The notes: generated from the sequence alone by a model not told the origin. A stretch of 64,000 nucleotides of DNA from an uncultured Planctomycetota bacterium (GCA_963823665.1 CAWGMQ010000007.1:832001-896000); one strand, 5' to 3'; positions 1-11,656 are shown, numbered from the stretch's first letter. Numbers and translations are program-made.

Positions 1-522
1 GTTCAGATTGATCGCCAGATCATTGTAGCGTGCTGCGGTGGTGGGATTTTCGTCTGTAAACAGGCGCCTTAGAATATCCAGGGCCTGCTCAAAAAGTGGC
101 TGGGCTTCCGCGTACTTCCCCTTCCTGTGCAACGCCACGGCCTGCTGATGGATTGTCTGGCTCGACACGACGATCGCGCGATCCTCCTTCGACATCGCAG
201 CCGTCCGCCGTAGCGAGCGGAGACGGAATTCTTCGGTTACTGTTTCAAAGTGCTTCGCTCCCAGCACTCGCGACCGCAGCTCGAGTAATTCCTCTCCCCG
301 CGCGATCACCTCGTCCCAGCGATCCGACTCAATCGCGGCGCCGATCGTTCTCTCCAACTCCTCCGCCCGTTTGTAGTCCTCGCCGGTCAGCTTCCGCGCG
401 CCGGCGACCGCAGACTGCGAGTCCTTGGGAGTTGCCGTTTGGGCGTGCGAACTCGATGCCAGAACCACGCCCGCGAGATTGATCAACAGCCCAATTGAAA
501 CCGCAGTGCGACAAGCCGTCAT
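1..522 (-). CDS. N-terminal part of a third exported TPR(-CHAT) paralogue; runs off the window start
   Basis: Not in the ORF track. Manual translation from ATG 522 (GAGG RBS) gives MTACRTAVSIGLLINLAGVVLASSSHAQ...RKLTGEDYKRAEEL...DRWDE...KHFETV...GKYAEAQPLFEQAL...NDLAINLN, colinear with the N-termini of 554..4276 and 4310..7782. The CHAT domain is presumed to lie outside the window. Confidence 0.88.
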   Translation of the reverse strand, partial: MTACRTAVSIGLLINLAGVVLASSSHAQTATPKDSQSAVAGARKLTGEDYKRAEELERTIGAAIESDRWDEVIARGEELLELRSRVLGAKHFETVTEEFRLRSLRRTAAMSKEDRAIVVSSQTIHQQAVALHRKGKYAEAQPLFEQALDILRRLFTDENPTTAARYNDLAINLN

Positions 523-553
523 GTGGAACCTCATCAACGATGCGGAAATTCGA

Positions 554-3500
554 TCAATCCGGATTGCCCGCCAGAACGAACGCAGCCCAATAGTGCGGCG
601 ACGCATACGGCCGCTCGGTGTCGCCGCCGGGCGGAATCGCCGCCGCGGGCGTGCGGGCCTTGCTCCCCTTGCCACGCTCGACGCCTCCTGATAGCTCGGC
701 GGTCAGCGCGAGCGCCTCATCGCGGCGCAGACCACGCAACCACGTCTTCGCCTCTCGCAGCGCCTCGGCCTTCGGCATCGGAGCATCGAGCCCCTTCCTC
801 TTTCCCAGCAAATTGGCATAGAAACGCTGCATGAGCAAGGCCGTAGCCGTGTCGTCCACCTTCCAGAGCGACAAGCACACGCTCCGCGCGCCAGAGATCA
901 ACAGCGCCTGCGTGAACCCCACGAACCCCTCTCCGCCGAGATCGCGTCCCAGCGCCGTCTCGCACGCCGAAAGCGTGACCATTTCGGCCTTCAAGTCCCA
1001 ATCATGCTGAATTTCGCGCACCGACAGCCGGCCGTCGAACACCGGTTTGTTCTGGATCGCCTGCTCGAGCGGGTCGGGCAATCCGGCCTGAGTCAGGATC
1101 ACTGCCGAGCGCGCGGGTTGGTCTTCGTCGATCACACCGTGGGTGGCCAAATGGATAAAGCCGTACTTCCGAAGCTCACGCGAAGCCGCAATACGCTCCA
1201 GTTCCGGCTCGCTCGCGCCGGCTCCGAGCATGATCCGGGTGGGCCGACCATCCGAATTGAATAGCTGCGCGAGCGACTCGACCTCATACCGTGTGCCTGG
1301 CAAGGGCGGCAACGCCTCCCCGCCGCCACGCGCCGCAACCAGCATCTTTTGAACTGCGCGATGCGCAGCGATCGCCTCGCGAGCCGGCCGCGAATCCAGC
1401 ACCACGCCGAGTTTGCCCGGCTCCACATCACACCGCGATGACTTGCCATCCCTCCAGAAGTCGACTCCGATCGATTTGTTGCCATCCGCGACGACCTTGA
1501 GGTCGTCCTTGACCTTGAGCGCCAATCCATTATAGGCCAGCAGCACGTCTCCCGCTTTCAGGCCGTGCATGGCGGCGTTGGAACGGGGCATTGCCACGTT
1601 GACCAGCAGGCCGTGATCAGGCAACGGTTCCGGATCGCTCGAGGGCTGCGGTTGCTCGTACAGCGGATCGCCGAGCGCCAGCAGTCCCGCATGGCGGTCA
1701 GCCCGAGGCTGCTCTCGGAGGTACTTGAACACCGTGGCTGACGGGGCATAGCTCACCGTCCGGAAGTCATCGAGGGCAAAGAGCGCCTCGATCGGCACAC
1801 CCGCGAGCATATAGGAAGGAAGGATAACCAGCCGGCGGGTTGCCGTGCCCAGGGCCTTTGCCAGCGGATCGAGCCGTTGAGCGCGTAGTTTCGCGAGCAT
1901 GGGTTGAAGGATCGATGCGCCAGCCGGCGCGTTCTTGCGAAGTTCCGTCCTGACACGCTGCGAGAGAGCAACGTCGTCGTCGCTCCATAGCCCGTCCTTA
2001 CCGGTCCCGGTGATTGAGATCCATTCCGGAACGCCTTGAGACCGAACGACCACGCCCCAGTGCTCGCCGCCGGAGTCGGCCGCCGTCGGGCCGAATGGCC
2101 GAATATCCACCCAGGCAACCAGGACGGTGTCGGCCGGCAACGCGGCCTGGATCTCGCTCAGCTTGGCGACCTTCCCCGCCACCGAATCATGCTTCTCGAC
2201 AAGTTTCGTCTGGAATTCACCCAGAGCAACGCTGGCCAGCTCGCGATTGCGTTTCAAGTCCTCGAACCGTTTTGCCCGCTCGACGTTGTCGAGTCCCTTC
2301 GGGGTGGCCTCCACCAACCGATCGAGGCGATCCAGCTCACTCTTCAGCTCGCGAAGGCGGACCTGGTCCGCGGGGCCGAGGCGCTGGTCCTGCCGCGCGG
2401 CCAATTCGTCAAGCAGCCCTCGGCCCAGGCCTTCCTCCAGCGCTTGCCACGCATCGGCCGGTTGGCCCAACCGGGCGAGTACGGCGGCCAGGCAGAGGCG
2501 CGTCGAATTCTTTGTCCCCGCGCGTTCCAGGCCGCTGAAGGCCAACCCCAATCGAGCCTTATCCAGGCTCTTGGCTGCGCTCATCCATCGGTTCCGCGCT
2601 TCGGTGTATCTCTCCTGAGCCGCCAGGTTGGCTGCCAGGCGATTCAAGCTGATGGCGAGATCCGGGTGATCGTCGCTGAGCACGCGGTGGCGGATCTCGA
2701 GCGCTTTCTCATACAGGGGCTGGGCCTGGGCATACTTGCCCTGTCGCGTGAGGTTCGCCCCCAGGTTCTCGTAGCTTCGGGCGGTGCTTGGGTGGTTGTC
2801 GCCAAGCTGCCGGCGGTGGATCTCGAGCGCCTTCTCATAAAGGGACTGCACCTGGGCGTACTTTCCCTGGGCCGTGAGGTTGTTCGCCAGATTGTTGTAG
2901 CCCAAGGCGGTGTCCGCGTGGTCGTCTGTAAGCAATCTCCGTTTAACTTCCAGGGCCTTTTCCAGGAGCGGCTCCGCCTGGGCGTGCTTCCCCTGCGCCT
3001 CGAGGTTAGTCGCCAAGTTGTTCAAGCTGAGGGCGGTGCTCGGGTGACTATCCGGGAGCGCGCGGCGTTTGATTTCCAGGGCCTTCTCCAGGAGCGGCTC
3101 GGCCTCGGAGTACTTCCCCTGGGCGTTCAAGTTCATTCCGACGTTGTTGTAGCTCAGTGCGGTGTCGGCGTGGTCGTCAGTGAGGAGGCGGCGCTTGATT
3201 ACCAGAGCCTTCTCCAGGAGCGGCAGGGCCTCGGCGTACTTCCCTTGGCGGCTCAGGTTCACTGCCAGAGCGTTGTAGCTGGCGGCGGTGTACGGGTGAT
3301 CGTCCGTGAACGCGCGGCGGTGAATCTCGAGCGCCTTCGCGAAGAGCGGCTGCGCCTCGGCGTACTTTCCTCGATAGGCAAGGTTTGCCGCCAGATTGTT
3401 GAAGCTGATGGCGAGATCCGGGTGGCCATCGGCGAGCAACCGGCGGCGCATCTCGAGCGCCTGTTCAAGCACGGGCTGGGCCTGGGCATGTTTCCCCTGA

Positions 3501-4276
3501 GCGTCGAGATTGGTTCCCAGGTTGTTGTACATTGTGGCACGTAACGGGTTATTCTCAGTGAGCAGCTCGCGGTAGATCTCGAGCGCCTTCTCGAGCAGCG
3601 GCTGGGCCTGAGCACGCTTCCCCTGGGCATTCAAGTTCATCGCCACATTGTTGTAGCTCGCTGCCGTTTCGGAATGGAGGTTGGTGAGCAGGCGGCGGCG
3701 AACCTCGAGCGCCTGCTCGAACAGCGGCTGGGCCTGGGTGTACTTCCCCTGGCCGTTCAAGATCGTCGCCAGGTTGTCCAGCAATTCTGCCGTTTCGGGG
3801 TGCTCGTCGGCGAACAGCCGGCGGTGGATCTCGAGCGCCTTTTCGAGCAGCGGACGAGCCTCGGCGTACTTCCCCTGGCTGCGTAAACTCACCGCCTGTT
3901 GATTCAGGGCGCGGCCGGATGCCAGCAAGGCACGGTCCTCGTTCGACATCGCGGCCGTTCGGCGTATCGATTCGAGACGCCATTTTTCGTTCACCGTTTC
4001 AAAGTGCTTCGGCCCCTGGACGCGCAACCGCAAGGCGAGCAGATCCTCCGAAGGAGCGATCGCCTCGTCCCAGCGATCGGCCTTCAGGGCCGCGTTCACA
4101 GCCTTGTCTAGCTCCTCTGCCCGCGTGGCATTATCACCGGTCAGCTCCCGCAATCCCGCGGTGGGAGGCTGTGCTTCTTTCGGAGACGAGGTCTGGGCCG
4201 ACCCGGGTGAGAACGGAAGCGCGGCGACCAGAGTGATCAACAACCCGAACGAAACCACGTTGCGACAAGCGATCAT
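554..4276 (-). CDS. Exported TPR-CHAT (caspase-like) protease with PDZ-like insert
   Basis: Signal-peptide-like N-terminus, ten 42-aa TPRs (GKYAEAxPLxEKAL) plus a cap, CHAT catalytic motifs IHLATHG and VTLSACETA, terminal HYWAAFVLAG, and a PDZ-like segment GLLVNVAMPRSNAAMHGLKAGDVLLAYNG. Confidence 0.93.
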   Translation of the reverse strand: MIACRNVVSFGLLITLVAALPFSPGSAQTSSPKEAQPPTAGLRELTGDNATRAEELDKAVNAALKADRWDEAIAPSEDLLALRLRVQGPKHFETVNEKWRLESIRRTAAMSNEDRALLASGRALNQQAVSLRSQGKYAEARPLLEKALEIHRRLFADEHPETAELLDNLATILNGQGKYTQAQPLFEQALEVRRRLLTNLHSETAASYNNVAMNLNAQGKRAQAQPLLEKALEIYRELLTENNPLRATMYNNLGTNLDAQGKHAQAQPVLEQALEMRRRLLADGHPDLAISFNNLAANLAYRGKYAEAQPLFAKALEIHRRAFTDDHPYTAASYNALAVNLSRQGKYAEALPLLEKALVIKRRLLTDDHADTALSYNNVGMNLNAQGKYSEAEPLLEKALEIKRRALPDSHPSTALSLNNLATNLEAQGKHAQAEPLLEKALEVKRRLLTDDHADTALGYNNLANNLTAQGKYAQVQSLYEKALEIHRRQLGDNHPSTARSYENLGANLTRQGKYAQAQPLYEKALEIRHRVLSDDHPDLAISLNRLAANLAAQERYTEARNRWMSAAKSLDKARLGLAFSGLERAGTKNSTRLCLAAVLARLGQPADAWQALEEGLGRGLLDELAARQDQRLGPADQVRLRELKSELDRLDRLVEATPKGLDNVERAKRFEDLKRNRELASVALGEFQTKLVEKHDSVAGKVAKLSEIQAALPADTVLVAWVDIRPFGPTAADSGGEHWGVVVRSQGVPEWISITGTGKDGLWSDDDVALSQRVRTELRKNAPAGASILQPMLAKLRAQRLDPLAKALGTATRRLVILPSYMLAGVPIEALFALDDFRTVSYAPSATVFKYLREQPRADRHAGLLALGDPLYEQPQPSSDPEPLPDHGLLVNVAMPRSNAAMHGLKAGDVLLAYNGLALKVKDDLKVVADGNKSIGVDFWRDGKSSRCDVEPGKLGVVLDSRPAREAIAAHRAVQKMLVAARGGGEALPPLPGTRYEVESLAQLFNSDGRPTRIMLGAGASEPELERIAASRELRKYGFIHLATHGVIDEDQPARSAVILTQAGLPDPLEQAIQNKPVFDGRLSVREIQHDWDLKAEMVTLSACETALGRDLGGEGFVGFTQALLISGARSVCLSLWKVDDTATALLMQRFYANLLGKRKGLDAPMPKAEALREAKTWLRGLRRDEALALTAELSGGVERGKGSKARTPAAAIPPGGDTERPYASPHYWAAFVLAGNPD

Positions 4277-4309
4277 CAGGGACCCCTTCGTCGATGTTGA
4301 GAAACTCGG

Positions 4310-7300
4310 TCAATCAGGATCACCAGCGAGTACAAACGCCGCCCAGTAATGGGGCGATTCGTAGGGCCGACCATTGTCGTCAGTGCCGGGGATCGTGGCC
4401 GGCGTCCGGGCCTTGGCGCCCGTGCCGCGCTCGACGCCGCCCGACAGCTCCGCGGTCAGCGCGAGCACCTCAGTGCGGCGTAGCGTGCGCAGCCAGGTCT
4501 TCGATTCGCGGAGGGCCTCGGCCCTGGGCATTGCCGCTTTGAGCCCTTGGCGCTGGCCCAGGAGGTTGGCATAGAACCGCTGCATCAGCAAGGCCGTCGC
4601 TGTGTCGTCGACTTTCCAGAGCGAGAGGCAGACGCTCCGCGGACCTGAAATCAAAAGCGCCTGCGTGAACCCCACAAATCCTTCCCCGCCCTGGTCGCGG
4701 CCCAGCGCTGTCTCGCAGGCCGAGAGCGTCACCAATTCGGCTTTCAATTCCCAGTCATGCTGGATCTCGCGCACGGAAAGACGGCCGTCGAACACGGGCT
4801 TGTTCTTCAATGCCTGCTCCAGCGGGTCCGGCAGGCCGGTCTGGGTCAGGATCACGGCCGAGCGTGATGGGATATCTTCATTGATTACGCCGTGGGTCGC
4901 CAGATGGATGAAGCCGTATTTGCCGAGCTCCCCCGCGGCGGCGATTCGGTTCAGCTCGGGCTCGCGCGCGTCGGTTTCCAGGAACGTGCGCACGGGTCGA
5001 TCAGCGGATTTGAAGAGTTGGGCGAGTGCGTCGACCTCGTATCGTGTGCCTGGGAGCGGGGCGAAGTCTTCATCGCCGCCGCGTGCTGCCACCAGAACTT
5101 TTTGCAGCTTGCGTCCCTCGGCGATCGCCACTGGGGCCGGTCGTGGATCGATCACCACACCGAGCTTGCCGGGAGCCAGGTCTCGCGCGGACAGCCGGCC
5201 GTCGCGCCAAACCTCGACTGCAATCGGCTTGTCGCCTTCATCGATCGTCTTGAGGTCTTCCTTCTTATTCAACTTCACACCGTTGTACGCCAGCAACACA
5301 TCACCCAATTTGAATCCGTGCTTCGCGGCGTTCGAGCCTGGCACCACGACGTTGACCAGCAGCCCGTTGTCCGGCATCGGCGCGGAGTCACTCGACTTGT
5401 CCGGTCGCTCATAGAGCGGGTCGCCCAGAGCGAGCAAACCGGCGTGGCGGTCGGGGTGGGGCTGCTCGCGCAGGTGTTTGTAGACGGTGGCTGAGGGGGC
5501 GTAGCTCACGGTTCTTGTGTCGTCGGGGGCGAGCAGGGCCTCGATGGGAACTCCCGCCATTAAGCGAGAAGGCAGGACGATGAGCCCCCGACACGTCGTC
5601 GTCAAGGCTTTTCCGAGCGGCTCGAGCCGTTGAGTGCGTAGTTTCTGGAGAAGGGCTTGCTGGTCTGGCGAGCCGCCGGCTGGTGTCTTGCGCAACTCGC
5701 TTCGCACACGCCAGGCGAGCGAAACGTCGCCTTCGGTCCACAGCCCATTCGGGCCGGTCCCGGCGATCGGGAGCCAGACCGGAATGCCCTGCGACCGGAC
5801 GACCACGCCCCAGTGCTCGCCATCGGGGTCGGCCGAATTTGGCCCGGTCGGAGGGATGTCGACCCAGGCGACCAGTGCGGTATCGGCGGGCAGCGCGGCC
5901 TGAATCTCGTTCAGAGTGGCGACCTCGCCGGCCAGAGCGCGGTGATCCTTGGCAAGCTTGGTCTGGAATTCACCGAGCGCAATACTGGCCAGCTCGCGCT
6001 GGCGCTTGAGCTCCTTGAACCGCGTCGCGCGCCCGGCCTGGTCAAGGCCTTTGGGGGTGGTTTCCACCAGCCGGTCGAGTCGCTCGAGTGTCGTTGTCAG
6101 CTCGCGAAGGCGGGCTCGCTCCTCGGCGCGAGCCGCCGGTCCTGGCGGGCTGCCAGCTCGTCGAGCAGGCCCCGGCCCAGGTCTTGCTCCAGCATCTGCC
6201 ACGCCTCGGCCGGCTGGCCGAGCCGGGCCAGCACGGCGGCCAAGGCGGGGCGCACAGAACCCGCGTTCACGGCACGCTCGAGCCCGCTGAAGGCGATCCA
6301 GAGCCGGGCTGCGTCCAGGCCGTTGACGGCATGGAGCCATTGGGCGTGCGCCTCCGCGTACTTCCCCTGGGCACTGAGATTGAACGCGACATAACTGAAG
6401 CTGACCGCCGTGTCGGGGTGGTCGTCGGTGAGCAGACGGCGGCGGATCTCCAGTGCCCGTTCGAAAAGCGGCTGGGCCTCCGCGTACTTCCCCTGCTCCG
6501 TCAGATTCGACGCCAAGCTGTCGTAAGCAACGGCGGTATTGGGGTGGTCGTCGGTAAGCAGCCGGTGGTAGAGCTTCAGAGCCTTCTCGAGCGGCGGCTG
6601 GGCCTCGGCGTACTTCCCCTGGGCGCTGAGGTTGCGCCCGACGTTGTTGTAGTTCCCAGCGGTGTCGGGGTGGTCCTCGGTGAGCAGACGGCGGCGGATC
6701 TCCAGTGCCCGTTCGAAAAGCGGCTGGGCTTCCGCGTACTTCCCCTGGGCGGCGAGGTTGGACGCCAGATTGTTATAGCTCGCGGCCGTGTAGGGATGGT
6801 CGTCGGTAAGCAGACGGCGCAAGATCGCGAGTGCCTGCTCGTACAGCGGCTGGGCCTCCGCGAACTTCCCCTGGGCGGCGAGATTGAACGCCAGATTGTT
6901 ATAGCTCAGGGCCGTTTGGGCATGGTCGTCGGTAAGCAGTCGGCGGTGGATCTCCAGCGCCTTTTCGAATAGCGGCTGGGCCTGGGCGTACTTCCCCTGA
7001 GCGTTCAGATTGGTCGCCACGTTGTTGTAGCTTACCGCGGTGGTGGGGTCGTCGTCGGTGAGCAGCAGCCGCTCGATCTCAAGCGCCTTTTCGTGCAGCG
7101 GCTGCGCCTGAGCGTACCGCCCCTGGGAGTTGAGGTTGTACGCCAGGTTGCTGTAGCTGATAGCCGTGTGGGGGTGATCGTCAGTAAGAATGCGCCGGCG
7201 GATCTCCAGGGCTTTCTCGAAGAAGGGCTGCGCCTGGGCATACTTCCCCAGTCCGTTCAGACTTTTGGCCACGCCGCTGTAGCTTATGGCAGTTTGGGGA

Positions 7301-7782
7301 TGGTCGTCGGTGAGCAGACGGCGGTGGATCTCCAGCGCCTCTTCGAATAGCGGCTGGGCCTGGGCGTACTTCCCTTGTGCATAAAGTGCATTGGCTCGCG
7401 AGCTCGATTGATGGGCGGATCGGTAGGCTTCTCGGTCTTCGTTCGACATCACGGCGACGTGTCGCAGTGCCTTGAGAAACCACGCCACATTCACGGTCTC
7501 GAAATGTGCAGGCCCCAGAGCCCGCGCCCGCAGCTCGACCAGTTTGGCGGTCTGCGTGATCGCATCATCCCAGCGATCTGACGCAACCGCCGTGTCGATG
7601 CCCTTGTCCAATTCCTCCGCCCGCTTGGCGTCGTCGCCGGTCAGCTTCCGCAAGCCCATGGCGGCTTGCTGCGCATCCTTCGAGGCCGTTGTCTGCGCCG
7701 TCGCCGGCACGGCGAGGGCCAGGGCTCCGATGACGACCACGATCAGTCGCTTCCATCGCAGCGAAACGTGACGCAGTTTCAT
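4310..7782 (-). CDS. Exported TPR-CHAT protease with PDZ-like insert, paralogue 2 (one frameshift near 6125)
   Basis: ORFs 6097..7782 (signal plus 8 TPRs and cap) and 4310..6340 (PDZ plus CHAT, HLATHG and LSACET) join at QDRRLAP/EERARLREL and are then colinear with 554..4276. Confidence 0.9.
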
Positions 7783-7875
7783 GGTGTGACTCTCCGTGCT
7801 TCAGGGAGTTCAGGATCCGATTAGTTGCTGTTTACATGCATCTGCGTTTTAGTTTCCAGAATCGCTTGCGCGGAA

Positions 7876-7899
7876 CGTCAGGCTGAAAGCCTGACCTAC
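7876..7899. repeat. GTAG-type REP hairpin, class A
   Basis: cGTCAGGCT-gaa-AGCCTGAC-CTAC; a near-identical copy lies at 43492..43514. Confidence 0.7.
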
Positions 7900-7909
7900 T
7901 GCGGCGACT

Positions 7910-9835
7910 TCAACGGCCCTTGGCCGGCTCTACGGGGAATGCTTCGAGAGTCACAACATCGACGCCGGGCAGGCCGCGGAGCCAGGTGCCCAGCTTGGCG
8001 GCGGGCCCTCCCGAGTCGCGAGCCTTCGCGCCTTTGCCTCGCGTTACGGCGGCGGCTTCGGCCAGCAAGGGCTCGAGACCTTGGCCTTCGTCTCGCCAGA
8101 CGACCCCGGCTTCGCACGGCAGCCTCGCCGACCAGGCCATCTGGCCAACGCGCCGCTTCCACTCGCGATACGGCGGCAGCGGCTGGCGCGACACCACCAG
8201 TGCAAACGCACACAACCCCGCCCCCTCGCTCAGCCGGTACCGGTCGTCGCTCTTCGAAGGCGGAGGATAGACAGGCTGCCGCTTCTTGACAGGCTTCGTC
8301 TCCTCGTCGTCAGGGTCGCAAAGCTGATCCGTCCCGTCGGGACGGAAAGCGATCAGATACGAGTAAGCGGGTTCGGAAAGCTCGGCCTCCACCGTCACGT
8401 CGTCGTCCTCGCGCGCGGCGAACGACGTCCGGCCGAGCACCCCGGATCGTTTGTTGTCGTACTTGTCTTCACCGGCAAGCTTGGCGAAATGCGGGATTTC
8501 GAAGCGCGTCACGCGCAGGCGCGGCGGGCGTCGCTGGTTCCGACGCCGGTTGCTGGCTACTCTTCCCCCGGCCGGCGACTGGCGGGACCGACTCGTCCGG
8601 GTCGCTTCCCGAAGACCTCGGCCACAATGCCCAAGCAGGTACACAGAGCGCGAGCAGCACGGCGAGGGTCCCAAAGAGCGGTGCTGCGCGGCGCACGAGC
8701 AGATATTGGCGCAACGCTAGCCGCAACTCGCCGGCGGACTGGAACCTCGCTCTTGGATCAGCCGCCATGGCCTTCAGACACACCCGCTCGATCGTCCTTG
8801 GGATGCGCGGACTGAGCCGGCGCGGCGGGACGATCGATGCCTCACGGGCCTGTTCAATCGTCTTTTCCACCGTCTTGCCCTCATGCGGCGGCTGCCCGGT
8901 CACCAGGTAGTACAGCACCGCCCCCAGCCCGTAGACGTCCGTGCGAACGTCGACCCGCTCACCCTGCCCGCGAGCCTGCTCCGGCGCCATGTAAGGGGGC
9001 GAGCCCGCCAGCCCATGCAGCGATTCACTGGCAAGCGGCACGGCCAGACCGAAGTCGACCAGCCGCGGCAGACCGTCGTCGCCCAGGATGATGTTCTGCG
9101 GCTTGATGTCACGATGCAGCAGGCCGCAGGCATGCACCTCGGCCAGCCCCTCGGCAACCTGGGCGACCACCTTGGTGCAAAACTCGAAGTCAGCCAGCTC
9201 TGCCGCTGTCACGTCTTTGAGCGTGCGGCCGGGAATGTATTCCACGACAAGGTCAATCTCGTCGCCCTGGATCTCAACTCCGTAGCAGGGCGCCACGAAC
9301 GGGCTGCGGACCCGCGCCAAGGCGCGCCCTTCGCTCAGCACGGCGTCACGGCGCCGCTGGAGGCAACGTCGTGGTAACGCTTGAGAACCACCAGACGCTG
9401 CAACGCTCGGTCGCGCGCCAGGTACGTCGTCGCCTGGCCCCCTTTTCCCAGCATCCGGATCAGCTCGTAGCCCGCGGCCATCGCAGCCGGATTCTGCCCG
9501 GCAGTCACGGTGGCCGTCGCCTGGGGATCGGGTTCGGTGTCCTTCAATCCGTCAAAGACGTCACGGACCGCTTCGGCCCGGTCGGGGAATCGAGCAAGAT
9601 AGGAATCCGACTCCGCGGACCGCCCGGCGCGGCGGGCTAGCTCGATGTCGAGGGCCAGCAACTCGCGGAAGAGGCGACTGCGGCTCGATTCGCCGACCAC
9701 GGCGGCGAGCTCATCCTCGATGCGTCGCGGCCGGCCGGCGTTCAAATCCGCCTCGAACCGGTCGCAAACCGCAATGACTCGCGCCAGGTCGTCCGGCGGC
9801 AGCGAATCGTCGTTGGGTCGGCTCGCCAAAGACAT
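7910..9835 (-). CDS. Membrane Ser/Thr protein kinase with C-terminal DUF4384-like extracytoplasmic domain (frameshifts near 9350 and 8530)
   Basis: Three ORF pieces: planctomycete-type N-terminus (AVCDRFE...ELLALDIEL...YLARFP), then LGKGGQ, VVLK, HRDIKPQN, DFG, YMAPE and DVYGLG, a TM segment LFGTLAVLLALCVPAWALW, and DDDVTVEAELSEPAYSYLIAFRPDG. Confidence 0.88.
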
Positions 9836-9959
9836 CCTCAGTAACTCCGTCGTCGCAACAAGGGCGGTGCACGCTTCAAGCTCAGCGTGCACCGCCCCCC
9901 GGTGATAGTTATCGTACAGAAGGCCGCGGGTCGCGGCAAAACAATTCGACCCGCCAGGA

Positions 9960-11656
9960 TCAACCCTGGCGATGGTCCTTCAGACCGCGATCGGCATGCC
10001 GCGGGAGATGCCGGACGGGCATGTGGACTCGCGCCTTGCGCAGCGCTTTCTTCGGTAGCGTCTGGCTGGGGCTCGGACTGACAGGCTGCGGGGTCGCGAC
10101 CGAGGGGCTTGGTGTCGACGGACTCGGGTTCGACGGAGTCGAGACCGACGGCGATCCGGAAGGAGTGCCCGACTGTGCCTTCACCTGCGAAGCCGCGGCG
10201 GTGAGCTCTGTAGTTTCGGCCGCGTTGTTGTACGACACAACGAAGCTCGTTCCTGAACTCAAGAGATTCGACGTGATGTCCTGAACGACGGAACTGGTGC
10301 CGATGTCCAGCGCCTGAGACTGCCAGCTTGAGCTGTTGATCGGGCCCGAGACGCCGTCGATCACGGCCGAACAGTTTGAGAACGTCGTACTTCCGAAGTC
10401 AGCCAGATCCGCGAGCGTACCTCCCTGAAGGGTCGGGGCCTCAACGATCCACTCGGCACAACTTCGCTGGGCGAGCGGGCTCTGGTACTGGGCCGACGTG
10501 ACATAGATGCTGAATGAGTCATTGGCCCTGCTGTTGTCAACGATATACAGGAGATATTGACCCGCATGGGCACCCGAGGTGATGTACTGGACCACGCCGG
10601 TCATCGAATCGCCGGGTTCGACCGTCATCTGAGCGATGGGCTGCTCCGTCTGTCCTTTGCCGGACGAGTACATCTCCCACCATGCGACATAGACTGTCTT
10701 GCCGTTTTCCAGCGCTTCCTGGGTCCCGACTTGCTCCACCGTCCCGTTGCCGTAGCCGTCGATTCCCACCCAGACGGATGAGTCGGTGTTGGCACCCGCT
10801 GGCCCGGTGACCGCGGGAACGATCCACGAGCCGACGACTTCTGTCACCGAATTCGGCTGCGGGCTGGAGAGATTGGCCGCAGCGACGTAACCTGACCAGT
10901 TGTTCATTATCACCACATTCGGGTTCGGGGTCGGCGCAGACGACCCACCGATGTAAAAGAGCTCCAGGCCGTTCGACACATTCTCGAATCCGTAGGGCGT
11001 GGCCGCCGTCGCAGGTGGCGTGCCCGTGCCCGTCCACTCACCGTAGCCTTGCGCCAGCGTGACCAGCGTATCATTGCCGGTCGTCGTCGTCGCGTCGAAG
11101 TAAGTCTGGGGCGTCAGACCGCTCGAATACGTCGTCGAGAAGATCTCAGACTGGCCAGGCGCCTCGGTGTAGAGTGTCCAGGGCGAGGACGGGGTCCACC
11201 TGAAGTCGAATCCAACGGTGTAGCTGCTGTTGTTCGTGATCGACACGACGGCATCGGTCGAGGCCGGCGGGGCGCTGGCGGCACGTAGAAGAGGTTCACG
11301 CCGGTTGCCGTATTCTGGAACTCGTAGAGCTTCGCGGCGGATGCCGGCGCCGTGCCAGTTCCAGACCACTCGTTGTACCCCTGCGCCATCGTGACCACCT
11401 CGTCATTGCCAGGCGAGGTCGTCGGGTTGAAGTAAGCCTGAGGCGTGAGGTTGCTCGAATACGCCGTCGACAAGATCTCACCCTGGCCAGGCGCCTCCGA
11501 AAAGGAGCTCCAGGCCGAGGACGGACTCCAACGGAAGTCGAAGCCCACGTTGTACTTGCTCTCGTTCAGGATCTCCACGACCGCCACCGACATCAGGCAA
11601 CGGTCCTCGACACCCTCGAAATTCGGCCGGAAACGCGGTTTGCTGCGAGTTTTCAT
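9960..11656 (-). CDS. G1-family (eqolisin-type) glutamic endopeptidase with planctomycete extracellular signal and two tandem N-terminal domains (frameshift near 11275)
   Basis: N-terminus RFRPNFEGVEDRCLMS; G1 motifs NWSGY, SVWVGIDG, VEQVGT, AWWEMY and AEWIVEAP; Pro/Ser linker and basic tail. Confidence 0.87.

Noticed and set aside
2036..3544. Long antisense ORFs (also 29201..30634, 46734..48080, 52186..53427, 60072..61244)
   Set aside because: They mirror genuine genes on the other strand, which is expected from high-GC codon bias, and show no motifs.
2600..7400. 126-bp periodic repeats as a CRISPR array or DGR target
   Set aside because: They are in-frame coding TPR units without unique spacers. 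No cas or reverse transcriptase gene is in the window, and no template/variable repeat pair was seen.
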